Shown one piece after another: positions 27,416-38,600 of a stretch of 44,895 nt of DNA. Made by a program: the position numbers and the translations under genes. The notes below the pieces were generated by a model, which did not search any database, was not told where the DNA came from, and saw nothing but the letters and a program-made list of their open reading frames with translations. Position 1 is the first letter of the stretch, and each line of letters opens with the position of its first letter. The stretch is from a virus (lineage: Duplodnaviria > Heunggongvirae > Uroviricota > Caudoviricetes): the IMG/VR virus record IMGVR_UViG_2851982317_000005, one strand, 5' to 3'.

Positions 27416-27754
27416 ATGCAGGCGGGCAGATTACGTGATCGCGTAATTATTCTGAATGTCACCACCGCCCGCTCTCCGTCAGGGCATCCGGTGGAGACGG
27501 TGACGGAGGGAGCTACCGTATGGGCAGAAGTTAAGGGTATCAGCGGGAGGGAGATAATCTCAGGCGGAGCAGAAACCGCTCAGGCTACGGTCAGAGTCTG
27601 GATGAGATTCCGGCGCGATGTGACAGCGACTTCACGTCTGAAAGTGCTGACCGGTGCATTTAAAGGGGCCATTCTGGGTATAGAAGGTCCACCAATACCG
27701 GATGCACGCGCTACCCGGCTTGAAATACTCTGCAGCCTGAAGGGGAATGTGTGA
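27416..27754 (+). CDS. Head-tail adaptor / head closure protein
   Basis: 112-aa ORF with AGGAGG ribosome-binding site; conserved position. Confidence 0.6.
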   Translation: MQAGRLRDRVIILNVTTARSPSGHPVETVTEGATVWAEVKGISGREIISGGAETAQATVRVWMRFRRDVTATSRLKVLTGAFKGAILGIEGPPIPDARATRLEILCSLKGNV

Positions 27755-28200
27755 TGGATTTCAGTCTTGATTTTTCCGGCCTGGCGGATATTGCACGGGA
27801 TTTGGAGACGCTCAGCAGGGCAGAAAACAATAAGGTTCTGCGCGATGCCACCCGTGCCGGTGCTGAAGTTATGCGGGATGCAGTTGTTGAACGTGCGCCG
27901 GAGCGAACCGGGAAACTGAAGAAAAATGTGGTTGTTCTCACTCAGCGTTCAAAGCGTCGGGGGGAAATTATCTCGGGTGTCCACATTCGCGGACGGAACC
28001 TGCGAACCGGAAACAGTGATAACAGCATGAAAGCCAGCGATCCCCGAAATGCATTTTACTGGCGCTTTGTGGAGCTGGGAACGATAAACATGCCCGCGCA
28101 TCCATTCATTCGCCCGGCTTTCGATACGACAGAGGAGCTGGCGGCGCAGGTTGCCATACAGCGAATGAATCAGGCTATTGATGAGGTCTTAAGTAAATGA
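27751..28200 (+). CDS. Tail component (HK97 gp10-like)
   Basis: 149-aa ORF overlapping its neighbours by 4 nt. Confidence 0.55.
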   Translation: MMDFSLDFSGLADIARDLETLSRAENNKVLRDATRAGAEVMRDAVVERAPERTGKLKKNVVVLTQRSKRRGEIISGVHIRGRNLRTGNSDNSMKASDPRNAFYWRFVELGTINMPAHPFIRPAFDTTEELAAQVAIQRMNQAIDEVLSK

Positions 28201-28541
28201 GGGAGGCCACACTGTATTCCCTGTTGTCTCAGCTGGCCGGAGGACAGGTTTATCCTTATGTGGTCCCGCTGACGGAGGGAAAGCCTGCGGTATCTCCGCC
28301 GTGGCTGGTGTTTTCTGTGGTGTCTGACACGGCATCTGATGTGCTTGATGGGCAGGCTGAATCCAGAATTACCGTGCAGATCGATGTCTGGGCGACAGTA
28401 CCTGATGACGCAGATAATATTCGTGAGCAGGCGCTTGATGCGGTAAGGAAACTGGCACCCTCCGTTATTTCTAAAACGCAGGGTTATGATCCTGATTCCC
28501 GTCTGAGCAGAGCCACGCTTGAATTTCAGGTAATAGCCTGA
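28197..28541 (+). CDS. Tail completion/terminator-like protein (gp11/DUF3168-like)
   Basis: 114-aa ORF immediately upstream of the major tail gene. Confidence 0.5.
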   Translation: MREATLYSLLSQLAGGQVYPYVVPLTEGKPAVSPPWLVFSVVSDTASDVLDGQAESRITVQIDVWATVPDDADNIREQALDAVRKLAPSVISKTQGYDPDSRLSRATLEFQVIA

Positions 28542-28557
28542 GGTCGTTAATGATTTT

Positions 28558-28584
28558 ACCCACCCGCCGCTGGCGGGTTTTTTA
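28558..28584 (+). terminator. Hairpin plus T-run upstream of major tail gene
   Basis: cccacccgccgctggcgggt followed by TTTTTT. Confidence 0.5.
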
Positions 28585-28600
28585 TTTTCAGGAGACGAGT

Positions 28601-29305
28601 ATGTCCTCTAATTTTGAGCGTTCGCAACTGACGAAAATTATGATTTCGTCTGCACCGGTAACAGCAGAAACCCTGGATTCTGCCAGCTATCTTGGCCTGA
28701 GCTGTACAATCAAAGAAGTGCAGTTTACCGCTGGACAAAAGCAGGATATTGATGTCACCACGCTGTGTTCTGTTGAGCAGGAAAATATTAACGGTCTTGG
28801 TGCCGCGTCAGAGATTTCCATGTCAGGCAACTTTTACCTCAATGCTGCCCAGAATGCGTTGCGCAGTGCCTATGACAATGACACCACGTATGGCTTTAAA
28901 GTTATTTTTCCGTCAGGCAACGGATTTACCTTTATGGCAGAAGTGCGTCAGCATACCTGGTCTGCAGGAACCAATGGTGTTGTGGCTGTAACGTTTTCCC
29001 TGCGTCTGAAAGGCAAACCTGTGCTGACGACAGCTTCGCTGAAAGTGAAGGTTGATTTAAAAAGCACGCTGCGGGTTGCTTCCGGAGCGAAACTTGAAAT
29101 GGCGGTTGAGGCTGCGGGTGGTGTGCCGCCTTATTCTTATGTCTGGAAGAAAGGTGGTTCTCCTGTTTCCGGACAGACGGCGGCAACGTTCAGTAAGGCA
29201 TCAGCATCATCCGGTGATGCGGGTGCGTATACCTGCGAGATTTCTGATTCAGCGAGCCCGGTTAACAAAGTGACCTCCACTTCCTGCACTGTAACCGTCA
29301 GTTAA
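28601..29305 (+). CDS. Major tail protein with C-terminal Ig-like domain
   Basis: Start at ATG 28601 with GGAGACGAG ribosome-binding site; C-terminal segment (GGVPPYSYVWKKGGSPVSGQTAATF...GAYTCEISD) has the pattern of an Ig-like domain. Confidence 0.75.
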   Translation: MSSNFERSQLTKIMISSAPVTAETLDSASYLGLSCTIKEVQFTAGQKQDIDVTTLCSVEQENINGLGAASEISMSGNFYLNAAQNALRSAYDNDTTYGFKVIFPSGNGFTFMAEVRQHTWSAGTNGVVAVTFSLRLKGKPVLTTASLKVKVDLKSTLRVASGAKLEMAVEAAGGVPPYSYVWKKGGSPVSGQTAATFSKASASSGDAGAYTCEISDSASPVNKVTSTSCTVTVS

Positions 29306-29691
29306 TGAGGATGGATGTGATGACTAAAAATATCCGTAATCTGGCACTGGCAACGATGTCGGGGTTTCGCCATAAAACCGTTGATGTGCCTGAATGGGAG
29401 GGAGCAACGGTTGTGTTACGGGAACCTTCTGCAGAAGCCTGGTTGCGCTGGCAGGAGATCGTTAAAGCAAAAGATGATGAGACACCGTTATCCGTTGCGG
29501 AGCGCGCCCGCCGAAATCTGGAGGCAGATGTTGAACTGTTCATTGATGTTCTGTGTGATACCGGACTGCAACCCGTATTTTCAGAGGATGATCGTGAACA
29601 GGTGATTGCCGTGTATGGCCCGGTGCATGCGCGGCTTCTTCGGCAGTCTCTGGAACTGATCAGTGATGCCGGCGAGGTTAAAAAAAAGTAG
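29305..29691 (+). CDS. Tail assembly chaperone (lambda G-like)
   Basis: 128-aa ORF ending at the slippery sequence A AAA AAG. Confidence 0.75.
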   Translation: MRMDVMTKNIRNLALATMSGFRHKTVDVPEWEGATVVLREPSAEAWLRWQEIVKAKDDETPLSVAERARRNLEADVELFIDVLCDTGLQPVFSEDDREQVIAVYGPVHARLLRQSLELISDAGEVKKK

Positions 29692-29993
29692 CGCTTCCGG
29701 GGATGCGTTTTCTGATGATGCTGGCGCTCAGGATGGGGCGCACATTGTCAGAGTTACGCCGGGAAATGTCCGCATCAGAAATCATGATGTGGGCAGAATT
29801 TGACAGGTTCAGCCCGCTGGGGGACGAACGGGCTGATTTCCGGGCTGCCCAGATTGTTTCAGCTGTTTACGGTGCGCAGGGGGTCAAAGTGTCACTGAAT
29901 GATGCGCTTCTTCAGTGGGAGAAGGAGCAGACAGAAGGCGCTTCAGATCCATTTGCCGGACTGGAAAACGCGCTTTTAATAGTGTCTCAGTGA
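29682..29993 (+). CDS. -1 frameshift extension of the tail assembly chaperone (lambda GT-like)
   Basis: The downstream ORF is in the -1 frame relative to G and reachable by a slip on AAAAAAG at 29680-29688. Confidence 0.65.
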   Translation, partial: KKVALPGMRFLMMLALRMGRTLSELRREMSASEIMMWAEFDRFSPLGDERADFRAAQIVSAVYGAQGVKVSLNDALLQWEKEQTEGASDPFAGLENALLIVSQ

Positions 29994-30001
29994 GTCAACA
30001 T

Positions 30002-30024
30002 AACCGCTTCGGCGGTTTTTTTTC
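30002..30024 (+). terminator. Hairpin plus T-run before tape measure gene
   Basis: aaccgcttcggcggtt followed by TTTTTTTT. Confidence 0.45.
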
Positions 30025-30033
30025 GTCCGGAGA

Positions 30034-33000
30034 ATGAGTGTGGCGACATTACGTGAACTGATTATTAAAATCTCGGCAAATTCCCGGTCATTCCAGTCAG
30101 AGATCTCCCGGGCTTCGCGTATGGGGCAGGATTACTACCGTACCATGCAGAACGGAGGCCGGCAGTCCGCTGCTGCATCCCGTGAAATGCGGCGTGCACT
30201 GGCAGAAGTGACGGATCAGATAAATACAGCTAAATCTTCGGCACTGAATATGGCGGGGGCATTTGCCGGGGCTTTTGCTACCGGTCATCTTATTTCTCTC
30301 GCCGATGAGTGGAATTCAGTAAATGCCCGTCTGAAGCAGGCCTCACAGTCCAGTGATGATTTTCAGGTATCACAACGTGAATTAATGGCGATCAGCCAGA
30401 GAACGGGGACGGCGTTTTCTGATAACGCCAGGCTTTTTGCCCGTTCTGCAGCTTCCATGCGGGAGTATGGTTACAGTTCTGAGGAGGTACTGAAAGTCAC
30501 CGAGGCGATCTCCACGGGCCTGAAATTATCCGGTGCCAGTACAGCAGAAGCCAGTTCGGTGATCACGCAGTTCAGTCAGGCACTGGCGCAGGGAGTGCTG
30601 CGCGGTGAAGAGTTTAACTCGGTGAATGAGAGCGGTGATCGTGTTATTCGTGCGCTGGCTGCGGGAATGGGCGTTGCCCGTAAGGATCTGAAGGCCATGG
30701 CGGATAACGGAAAACTAACCGCCGATAAGGTTGTTCCTGCACTGATTAGTCAGCTTGGGGCGTTGCGTGATGAATATGCAGCAATGCCTGATACGGTTTC
30801 ATCCTCTGCAACCAAAGTTGAAAACGCCTTTATGGCCTGGGTTGGTGGTGCGAACGAGGCAAGCGGAGTGACGAAGACGCTCTCCGGGGTGCTGAATGGT
30901 CTTGCAGGCAATATTGATACCGTGGCAACCGCTGCCAGTGCTCTGGTTGCCGTCGGGGTAGCCCGATATTTTGGCAATATGGCGTCTTCTGCTGGATCTG
31001 CAACTGCCGGATTAATTACTGCAGCCAGAAACGAAGTGGCTCTTGCTGAAGCGCAACTTCGGGGGACACAGATAGCAACCGCCAGGGCGCGTGCGGCGGT
31101 TTATCGTGCGCAACAGGCGGTTGTTGCTGCTCGCGGTACCGAAAGGCAGGCCGCAGCAGAAGCGAAGCTGACAGCTGCTCAGGCGTCACTTACCCGTAAT
31201 ATTGCGGCCAGAACAGCGGCACAGACAACGCTGAATACTGTCACGTCAGTGGGGAGTCGTCTGTTAAGTGGTGCGCTGGGGTTGGTTGGTGGTGTGCCGG
31301 GACTCGTCATGCTGGGGGCGACGGCCTGGTACACGATGTATCAGAATCAGGAGCAGGCCAGAGAATCTGCACGCCAGTATACCGCAACAATCGACGAAAT
31401 TCGCCAGAAAACGTCGGCAATGTCGCTTCCTGAAGCGTCAGATAATGAGGAAAAGACGCGGCAGGCACTTGATGAGCAAAACAGGTTAATTGACGAGCAG
31501 AAAAGTAAGATTAAATCCTTACAGGAAAAAATTGCTGGCTATCAGTATGTGCTGGCAAACCAGGGCTGGACAACCGATAACGGTTTTATGATTAACCACA
31601 TGACGTCGGTAAAAACTGTCACAGAAGGGCTTGCAGAAGCAACAAATCAACTGGCAGTTGAACAGTCCCGTCTCACACAAATGCAGGGCAAAGCGCAATC
31701 CATTCAGGATGTGCTTGCCGGGCTGGAGGAGCGACGGGTGGCGTTGATCCGTCAACAGGCCGCGGAACAAAACAAAGCGTATCAGTCCCTGTTGATCATG
31801 AATGGGCAGCATACCGAGTTTAATCGCCTTCTCGGGCTCGGTAATGAATTACTTCAGCAGCGACAGGGGCTGGTGAATGTACCGTTACGGCTACCACAGG
31901 CAACCCTGGATGATAAACAGCAGACTGCACTGAATAACAGCGAGCGCGAACTGGCTCTGTCCCGCCTGAAGGGGGAAGCCCGTGAGCGTGCCCGCCTGGG
32001 TTATGCTGCGGATGATCTCGGCTTTGTGGGAGAGGCGTATCAGACAGCCAGACAGAATTATATCAATAACTCACTGGATGCCTGGCGAAATAACCAGGCA
32101 AATAAACCCAAAGCGCATAAAAAGACCGAAGCGGAAAAAACAGAAGATATTTATAAACGGCTGATTAAACAGCAAAAAGAACAAATAGCACTGGCAGGGC
32201 AGAATACTGAACTGGCTAAGATGAAATATCAGGTCAGTCAGGGCGAATTATCAACCCTGTCAGAAGCGCAGAAAAAAACGCTTTTGCAGAATGCAGCACT
32301 CATCGACCAGAAAAAGATTCGTGAGCAGCTTGCTGCGTATGAAAGCAGCCTGGCGGACAGTAATGCCAGTGCCCGGGCATCTGACGACGCGCAGTTACTG
32401 GGATATGGTGAAGGCTCACGGATGCGTGAACGACTCCAGGAAATGTGGAGTATCCGGCATGAGTTTGAGCAGAAAAATAACGAGCTGCTGAGACAGTATC
32501 AGGCCGGAGAAATTGAAGAAGCCCTGTGGAAACAGGAGAAAGAACTGAATAAAAAATATCTGGAAGAGCGTCTCAGCGATCAGCAGGATTATTATGCAAA
32601 GGCCGATGCTTTACGTAATAACTGGAATGCAGGACTCCAGGAGGGGCTGACCAACTGGGCAGACAGTGCCACCGATTATGCTTCGCAGGCGGCAGATGCT
32701 GTCGTTTCCACTATGGACGGACTGGTATCAAATATTTCCGATGCACTGGCCGGAAATGTTGTGGACTGGAGAAACTGGGGGAGTTCAGTTCTCCGGGAAG
32801 TTTCAAAAATTCTGATGAATGCGGCCATTGTTAACGGACTGAAGTCACTCTCCGGTGCCGGAGGGTGGCTTGGTACGGTCGGCGGATGGATTTCGGGGGC
32901 GGTGGCAAACGCAAAAGGTGGTGTTTACACATCGGCAAATCTGAGTGCTTACAGTAACACTATTGTGGATACACCGACGTATTTTGCTTTTGCGAAAGGT

Positions 33001-33267
33001 GCCGGGCTGATGGGCGAGGCCGGGCCTGAAGCTATCATGCCACTGACACGGGCAGCGGACGGCTCTCTTGGGGTCAGAGCCATTGGCAATGTGAATAGTG
33101 GCGGGGGGGGTGTTTATTCTCCCGTGTATCACATCAGCATTCAGAATCAAGGGAGCAATGGCGAGATAGATGCGCGCTCAGCCAGGGGACTGGTGGATCT
33201 GATCGACAGCAGGGTTGTGTCAATTATGCAGTCATCGCGTCGGGATGGAGGATTGTACAGTGCCTGA
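30034..33267 (+). CDS. Tail tape measure protein
   Basis: 1077-aa ORF, Ala/Gln-rich and coiled-coil, downstream of G/GT. Confidence 0.9.
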   Translation: MSVATLRELIIKISANSRSFQSEISRASRMGQDYYRTMQNGGRQSAAASREMRRALAEVTDQINTAKSSALNMAGAFAGAFATGHLISLADEWNSVNARLKQASQSSDDFQVSQRELMAISQRTGTAFSDNARLFARSAASMREYGYSSEEVLKVTEAISTGLKLSGASTAEASSVITQFSQALAQGVLRGEEFNSVNESGDRVIRALAAGMGVARKDLKAMADNGKLTADKVVPALISQLGALRDEYAAMPDTVSSSATKVENAFMAWVGGANEASGVTKTLSGVLNGLAGNIDTVATAASALVAVGVARYFGNMASSAGSATAGLITAARNEVALAEAQLRGTQIATARARAAVYRAQQAVVAARGTERQAAAEAKLTAAQASLTRNIAARTAAQTTLNTVTSVGSRLLSGALGLVGGVPGLVMLGATAWYTMYQNQEQARESARQYTATIDEIRQKTSAMSLPEASDNEEKTRQALDEQNRLIDEQKSKIKSLQEKIAGYQYVLANQGWTTDNGFMINHMTSVKTVTEGLAEATNQLAVEQSRLTQMQGKAQSIQDVLAGLEERRVALIRQQAAEQNKAYQSLLIMNGQHTEFNRLLGLGNELLQQRQGLVNVPLRLPQATLDDKQQTALNNSERELALSRLKGEARERARLGYAADDLGFVGEAYQTARQNYINNSLDAWRNNQANKPKAHKKTEAEKTEDIYKRLIKQQKEQIALAGQNTELAKMKYQVSQGELSTLSEAQKKTLLQNAALIDQKKIREQLAAYESSLADSNASARASDDAQLLGYGEGSRMRERLQEMWSIRHEFEQKNNELLRQYQAGEIEEALWKQEKELNKKYLEERLSDQQDYYAKADALRNNWNAGLQEGLTNWADSATDYASQAADAVVSTMDGLVSNISDALAGNVVDWRNWGSSVLREVSKILMNAAIVNGLKSLSGAGGWLGTVGGWISGAVANAKGGVYTSANLSAYSNTIVDTPTYFAFAKGAGLMGEAGPEAIMPLTRAADGSLGVRAIGNVNSGGGGVYSPVYHISIQNQGSNGEIDARSARGLVDLIDSRVVSIMQSSRRDGGLYSA

Positions 33268-33601
33268 GCCTGAAGTTTTTAACTGGATCCCCCGTGAGGG
33301 GATGGAGACGACACGAAAGCCATCAGTTATTACGGTAAAGTTTGGTGACGGATATGAACAGCGACGGGCTGGTGGTCTGAATGCGGATCTGAAAACGTTT
33401 AAACCGGTATTTCGTGTCACAGATGAATATTCCCGTGCCGCGCTGGACAGTTTTTTATCCCGTCATGCCGGGATTCGTGCTTTTTTGTGGCGTCCGCCAA
33501 AACACAACAGGACTGTCCGGGTTGTCTGCAGGGAGTGGAGCATTTCGGATAATGCCATGTATACCGATTTTAACTGTACCTTTGAAGAGGTCACTCACTG
33601 A
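33260..33601 (+). CDS. Minor tail protein M
   Basis: Lambda tail gene order; GTG start overlapping the tape measure stop (alternative ATG at 33302). Confidence 0.7.
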   Translation: MPEPEVFNWIPREGMETTRKPSVITVKFGDGYEQRRAGGLNADLKTFKPVFRVTDEYSRAALDSFLSRHAGIRAFLWRPPKHNRTVRVVCREWSISDNAMYTDFNCTFEEVTH

Positions 33602-34299
33602 TGCAGGATATACAGCAGGAAACACTCAATGAGTGCACTAAAACGGAGCAATCCGCGCTGATCGTGCTCTGGGAAATCGATCTGACAGAGGTCGGTGGTG
33701 AACGTTATTTTTTCTGTAATGAGCAGAACGAAAAAGGTGAGCCGGTCACCTGGCAGGGGCGGCAGTATCAGGCATACCCCATTCAGGGGACGGGATTTGA
33801 ACTGAACGGTAAGGGCAGTGCTGCCCGTCCGACACTGACGGTCTCTAACCTGCACGGCATGGTCACCGGGATGGCGGAAGACCTGCAGAGTCTGGTCGGC
33901 GGAACGGTGGTCAGGCGTAAGGTTTACGCCCGTTTTCTGGATGCGGTGAACTTCGTCAACGGAAACAGCGACGCCGATCCGGAGCAGGAGGTGATCAGCC
34001 GCTGGCGCATCGAGCAGTGTAGCGAACTGAGTGCGGTCAGTGCCTCCTTTGTGCTCTCCACACCGACGGAAACGGATGGTGCTGTTTTTCCGGGGCGCAT
34101 CATGCTGGCCAACACCTGCACCTGGACCTATCGCGGTGATGAGTGCGGTTATCACGGTCCGGCTGTCGCTGATGAATATGACCAGCCGACGTCCGATATC
34201 ACGAAGGATAAATGCAGCAAATGCCTGAGTGGCTGTAAGTTTCGCAATAACGTCGGCAACTTTGGCGGCTTCCTTTCCATTAACAAACTTTCGCAGTAA
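33601..34299 (+). CDS. Minor tail protein L
   Basis: 232-aa ORF with C-terminal Cys cluster; conserved position. Confidence 0.8.
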   Translation: MQDIQQETLNECTKTEQSALIVLWEIDLTEVGGERYFFCNEQNEKGEPVTWQGRQYQAYPIQGTGFELNGKGSAARPTLTVSNLHGMVTGMAEDLQSLVGGTVVRRKVYARFLDAVNFVNGNSDADPEQEVISRWRIEQCSELSAVSASFVLSTPTETDGAVFPGRIMLANTCTWTYRGDECGYHGPAVADEYDQPTSDITKDKCSKCLSGCKFRNNVGNFGGFLSINKLSQ

Positions 34300-34303
34300 T
34301 CCC

Positions 34304-35047
34304 ATGACACAGACAGAATCAGCGATTCTGGCGCACGCCCGGCGATGTGCGCCAGCGGAATCGTGCGGCTTCGTGGTGAGAACGCCGGAGGGGGAAAGAT
34401 ATTTTCCCTGCGTGAATATCTCCGGTGAGCCGGAGGCGTATTTCCGGATGTCGCCGGAGGACTGGCTGCGGGCAGAGATACAGGGTGAGATTGTGGCGCT
34501 GGTCCACAGCCACCCCGGTGGTCTGCCCTGGCTGAGTGAGGCTGACAGGCGGCTGCAGGTGCAGAGCGATTTGCCTTGGTGGCTGGTCTGCCGGGGTGAG
34601 ATTCATAAATTCCGCAGTGTGCCGCATCTTACCGGGCGGCGCTTTGAGCACGGGGTGACGGACTGTTACACGCTGTTCCGGGATGCTTATCATCTGGCGG
34701 GGATTGAGATGCCGGATTTTCATCGCGGGGATGACTGGTGGCGTCACGGTCAGAATCTCTATCTGGATAATCTGGAGGCCACAGGGCTGTATCAGGTGCC
34801 GTTGTCAGCGGCGCAGCCGGGCGATGTGCTGCTGTGCTGTTTTGGTTCATCGGTGCCGAATCATGCCGCCATTTACTGTGGTGACGGCGAGCTGCTGCAC
34901 CATATTCCTGAACAACTGAGCAAACGAGAGAGGTATACCGACAAATGGCAGCGACGCACACACTCCCTCTGGCGTCACCGGGCATGGCACGCATCTGCCT
35001 TTACGGGGATTTGCAACGATTTGGCCGCCGCATCGACCTTCGTGTGA
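34304..35047 (+). CDS. Tail assembly protein K (JAB/MPN plus NlpC/P60-like)
   Basis: Start MTQTESAILAHARRC; HSHP motif (ALVHSHPGG) and downstream Cys/His residues. Confidence 0.8.
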   Translation: MTQTESAILAHARRCAPAESCGFVVRTPEGERYFPCVNISGEPEAYFRMSPEDWLRAEIQGEIVALVHSHPGGLPWLSEADRRLQVQSDLPWWLVCRGEIHKFRSVPHLTGRRFEHGVTDCYTLFRDAYHLAGIEMPDFHRGDDWWRHGQNLYLDNLEATGLYQVPLSAAQPGDVLLCCFGSSVPNHAAIYCGDGELLHHIPEQLSKRERYTDKWQRRTHSLWRHRAWHASAFTGICNDLAAASTFV

Positions 35048-35592
35048 AAACGGGGGCCGAAGCCATCCGGGCGCTGGCCACACAGCTCCCGGCGTTTCGT
35101 CAGAAACTGAATGACGGCTGGTATCAGGTGCGCATTGCCGGGCGTGATGCAGGTGAAACCGAATTATCTGCCCGTCTTAATGAGCCGCTGGCAAATGGTG
35201 CCGTGATCCATATCGTGCCGCGTCTGGCGGGAGCTAAAAGTGGCGGTGTATTTCAGGTGGTGCTGGGGGCGGCGTTGATTGCGGTGGCATGGTGGAACCC
35301 TGTGGGCTGGCTGGGTGCCGCGGCTGTATCGGGCATGTATGCGGCAGGGGCCAGTATGATCCTGGGCGGTGTGGCGCAGATGCTGGCACCGAAAGCCAGG
35401 ACGTCCACGGCAGCCAGTACAGATAACGGCAAACAGAACACCTATTTTTCCTCACTGGATAACATGGTTGCTCAGGGCAATGTTTTGCCTGTTCTGTACG
35501 GGGAAATGCGTGTGGGGTCGCGGGTGGTTTCTCAGGAGATCAGCACGGCAGACGAAGGGGACGGTGGTCAGGTTGTGGTGATTGGTCGCTGA
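34945..35592 (+). CDS. Tail assembly protein I
   Basis: Product MAATHTLPLASPGMARICLYGDLQRFGRRIDLRVKTGAEAIRALATQL... closely matches recalled lambda I. Confidence 0.8.
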   Translation: MAATHTLPLASPGMARICLYGDLQRFGRRIDLRVKTGAEAIRALATQLPAFRQKLNDGWYQVRIAGRDAGETELSARLNEPLANGAVIHIVPRLAGAKSGGVFQVVLGAALIAVAWWNPVGWLGAAAVSGMYAAGASMILGGVAQMLAPKARTSTAASTDNGKQNTYFSSLDNMVAQGNVLPVLYGEMRVGSRVVSQEISTADEGDGGQVVVIGR

Positions 35593-35610
35593 TGCAAAAT
35601 GTTTTATGTG

Positions 35611-35638
35611 AAACCGCCTCCGGGCGGTTTTGTCGTTT
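35611..35638 (+). terminator. Hairpin upstream of J
   Basis: aaaccgcctccgggcggttt followed by a T-rich tract. Confidence 0.4.
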
Positions 35639-35652
35639 ATGGAGCATGAGGA

Positions 35653-38600
35653 ATGGGTAAAGGCAGCAGTAAGGGGCATACCCCGCGCGAAGCGAAGGAC
35701 AACCTGAAATCCACGCAGTTGCTGAGTGTGATTGATGCCATCAGTGAAGGGCCGATTGAAGGTCCGGTGGATGGATTAAAAAGCGTGCTGCTGAACAGTA
35801 CGCCGGTGCTGGACACTGAGGGGAATACCAACATCTCCGGTGTCACGGTGGTGTTCCGGGCAGGTGAGCAGGAGCAGACTCCGCCGGAGGGATTTGAATC
35901 CTCCGGCTCCGAGACGGTGCTGGGTACGGAAGTGAAATATGACACGCCGATCACCCGGACCATCACGTCTGCAAATATCGACCGTCTGCGCTTTACCTTC
36001 GGTGTGCAGGCACTGGTGGAAACCACCTCAAAGGGGGACAGGAATCCGTCGGAAGTCCGCCTGCTGGTTCAGATACAACGTAACGGTGGCTGGGTGACAG
36101 AAAAAGACATCACCATTAAGGGCAAAACCACTTCACAGTATCTGGCCTCGGTGGTGGTGGATAACCTGCCGCCGCGCCCGTTTAATATCCGGATGCGCAG
36201 GATGACGCCGGACAGCACCACAGACCAGCTGCAGAACAAAACGCTCTGGTCGTCATACACCGAAATTATCGATGTGAAACAGGGCTACCCGAACACGGCA
36301 CTGGTCGGCGTGCAGGTGGACTCGGAGCAGTTCGGCAGCCAGCAGGTGAGCCGTAATTATCATCTGCGCGGGCGCATTCTGCAGGTGCCGTCGAACTATA
36401 ACCCGCAGACGCGGCAATACAGCGGTATCTGGGACGGAACGTTTAAGCCAGCATACAGCAACAACATGGCCTGGTGTCTGTGGGATATGCTGACCCATCC
36501 GCGCTACGGCATGGGGAAACGTCTTGGTGCGGCAGATGTGGATAAATGGGCGCTGTATGTCATCGGCCAGTACTGCGACCAGTCGGTGCCGGACGGTTTT
36601 GGCGGCACGGAGCCGCGCATCACCTGTAATGCCTACCTGACCACGCAGCGTAAGGCGTGGGATGTGCTCAGTGATTTCTGCTCGGCGATGCGCTGTATGC
36701 CGGTATGGAACGGGCAGACGCTGACGTTCGTGCAGGACCGACTATCAGATAAGGTGTGGACCTATAACCGCAGTAATGTGGTGATGCCGGATGATGGCGC
36801 GCCGTTCCGCTACAGCTTCAGCGCCCTGAAGGACCGCCATAATGCCGTTGAGGTGAACTGGATTGACCCGAACAACGGCTGGGAGACGGCGACAGAGCTT
36901 GTTGAAGATACGCAGGCCATTGCCCGTTACGGTCGTAATGTCACGAAGATGGATGCTTTTGGCTGTACCAGCCGGGGGCAGGCACACCGCGCCGGGCTGT
37001 GGCTGATTAAAACTGAACTGCTGGAGACGCAGACCGTGGATTTCAGCGTGGGTGCTGAAGGGCTTCGCCATGTACCGGGCGATGTCATTGAAATCTGCGA
37101 TGATGACTATGCCGGTATCAGCACCGGTGGTCGCGTGCTGGCGGTGAACAGCCAGACCCGGACGCTGACGCTCGACCGTGAAATCACGCTGCCATCCTCC
37201 GGTACCACGCTGATAAGCCTGGTTGACGGAAGTGGTAATCCGGTCAGCGTGGAGGTCCAGTCCGTCACCGACGGACTTAAGGTGAAAGTGAACCGGGTTC
37301 CTGATGGCGTTGCAGAATACAGTGTGTGGGGGCTGAAGTTGCCGACGTTGCGTCAGCGCCTGTTCCGCTGTGTGAGTATCCGTGAGAACGATGACGGCAC
37401 GTATGCCATCACTGCCGTGCAGCATGTACCGGAAAAAGAAGCCATCGTGGATAACGGGGCGCACTTTGACGGCGACCAGAGCAGCACGGTGAATGGTGTC
37501 ACGCCGCCAGCGGTGCAGCACCTGACCGCCGAAGTCACCGCAGACAGCGGGGAATATCAGGTGCTGGCGCGCTGGGACACGCCGAAGGTGGTGAAGGGCG
37601 TGAGCTTCCTGCTCCGTCTGACCGTAACAGCGGATGACGGCAGTGAGCGGCTGGTCAGCACAGCCCGGACGACGGAAACCACATACCGCTTCACGCAACT
37701 GGCGCTGGGGAACTACAGGCTGACAGTCCGGGCGGTAAATGCGTGGGGGCAGCAGGGCGATCCGGCGTCGGTATCGTTCCGGATTGCCGCACCGGCAGCA
37801 CCGTCGAGGATTGAGCTGACGCCGGGCTATTTTCAGATAACCGCCACGCCGCATCTTGCGGTTTATGACCCGACGGTACAGTTTGAGTTCTGGTTCTCGG
37901 AAAAGCGGATTACCGATATCAGGCAGGTTGAAACCACAGCACGCTATCTTGGCACGGCGCTGTACTGGATAGCCGCCAGTATCAATATCAAACCGGGCCA
38001 TGATTATTACTTTTATATCCGCAGTGTGAACACCGTTGGCAAATCGGCATTCGTGGAGGCTGTCGGTCGGGCGAGCGATGATGCGGAAGGTTACCTGGAT
38101 TTTTTCAAAGGAGAAATCGGGAAAACACATCTGGCCCAGGAGTTGTGGACGCAGATTGATAACGGTCAGCTTGCGCCGGACCTGGCTGAAATCAGGACGT
38201 CCATTACGAATGTCAGCAATGAAATCACGCAGACCGTCAATAAAAAACTGGAAGACCAGAGTGCGGCAATCCAGCAGATACAGAAAGTTCAGGTTGATAC
38301 AAATAATAACCTGAACAGCATGTGGGCCGTGAAACTGCAGCAGATGAAGGACGGACGCCTTTATATTGCGGGTATCGGAGCCGGTATTGAGAATACGCCA
38401 GCAGGTATGCAGAGTCAGGTGCTTCTGGCTGCTGACCGGATTGCGATGATTAATCCTGCGAATGGCAACACAAAGCCGATGTTTGTTGGTCAGGGCGATC
38501 AGATATTCATGAACGACGTGTTCCTGAAACGCCTGACGGCTCCGACCATTACCAGCGGCGGTAATCCTCCGGCATTTTCCCTGACACCGGACGGGCGGCT

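Noticed and set aside
33595-34305. 236-aa minus-strand ORF
   Set aside because: Antisense to the tail protein L gene, whose identity is well supported
36745-38130. 461-aa ORF on the minus strand
   Set aside because: Lies entirely antisense within the confidently assigned host-specificity J gene; Arg/Pro-rich composition typical of a spurious antisense ORF in GC-rich coding DNA
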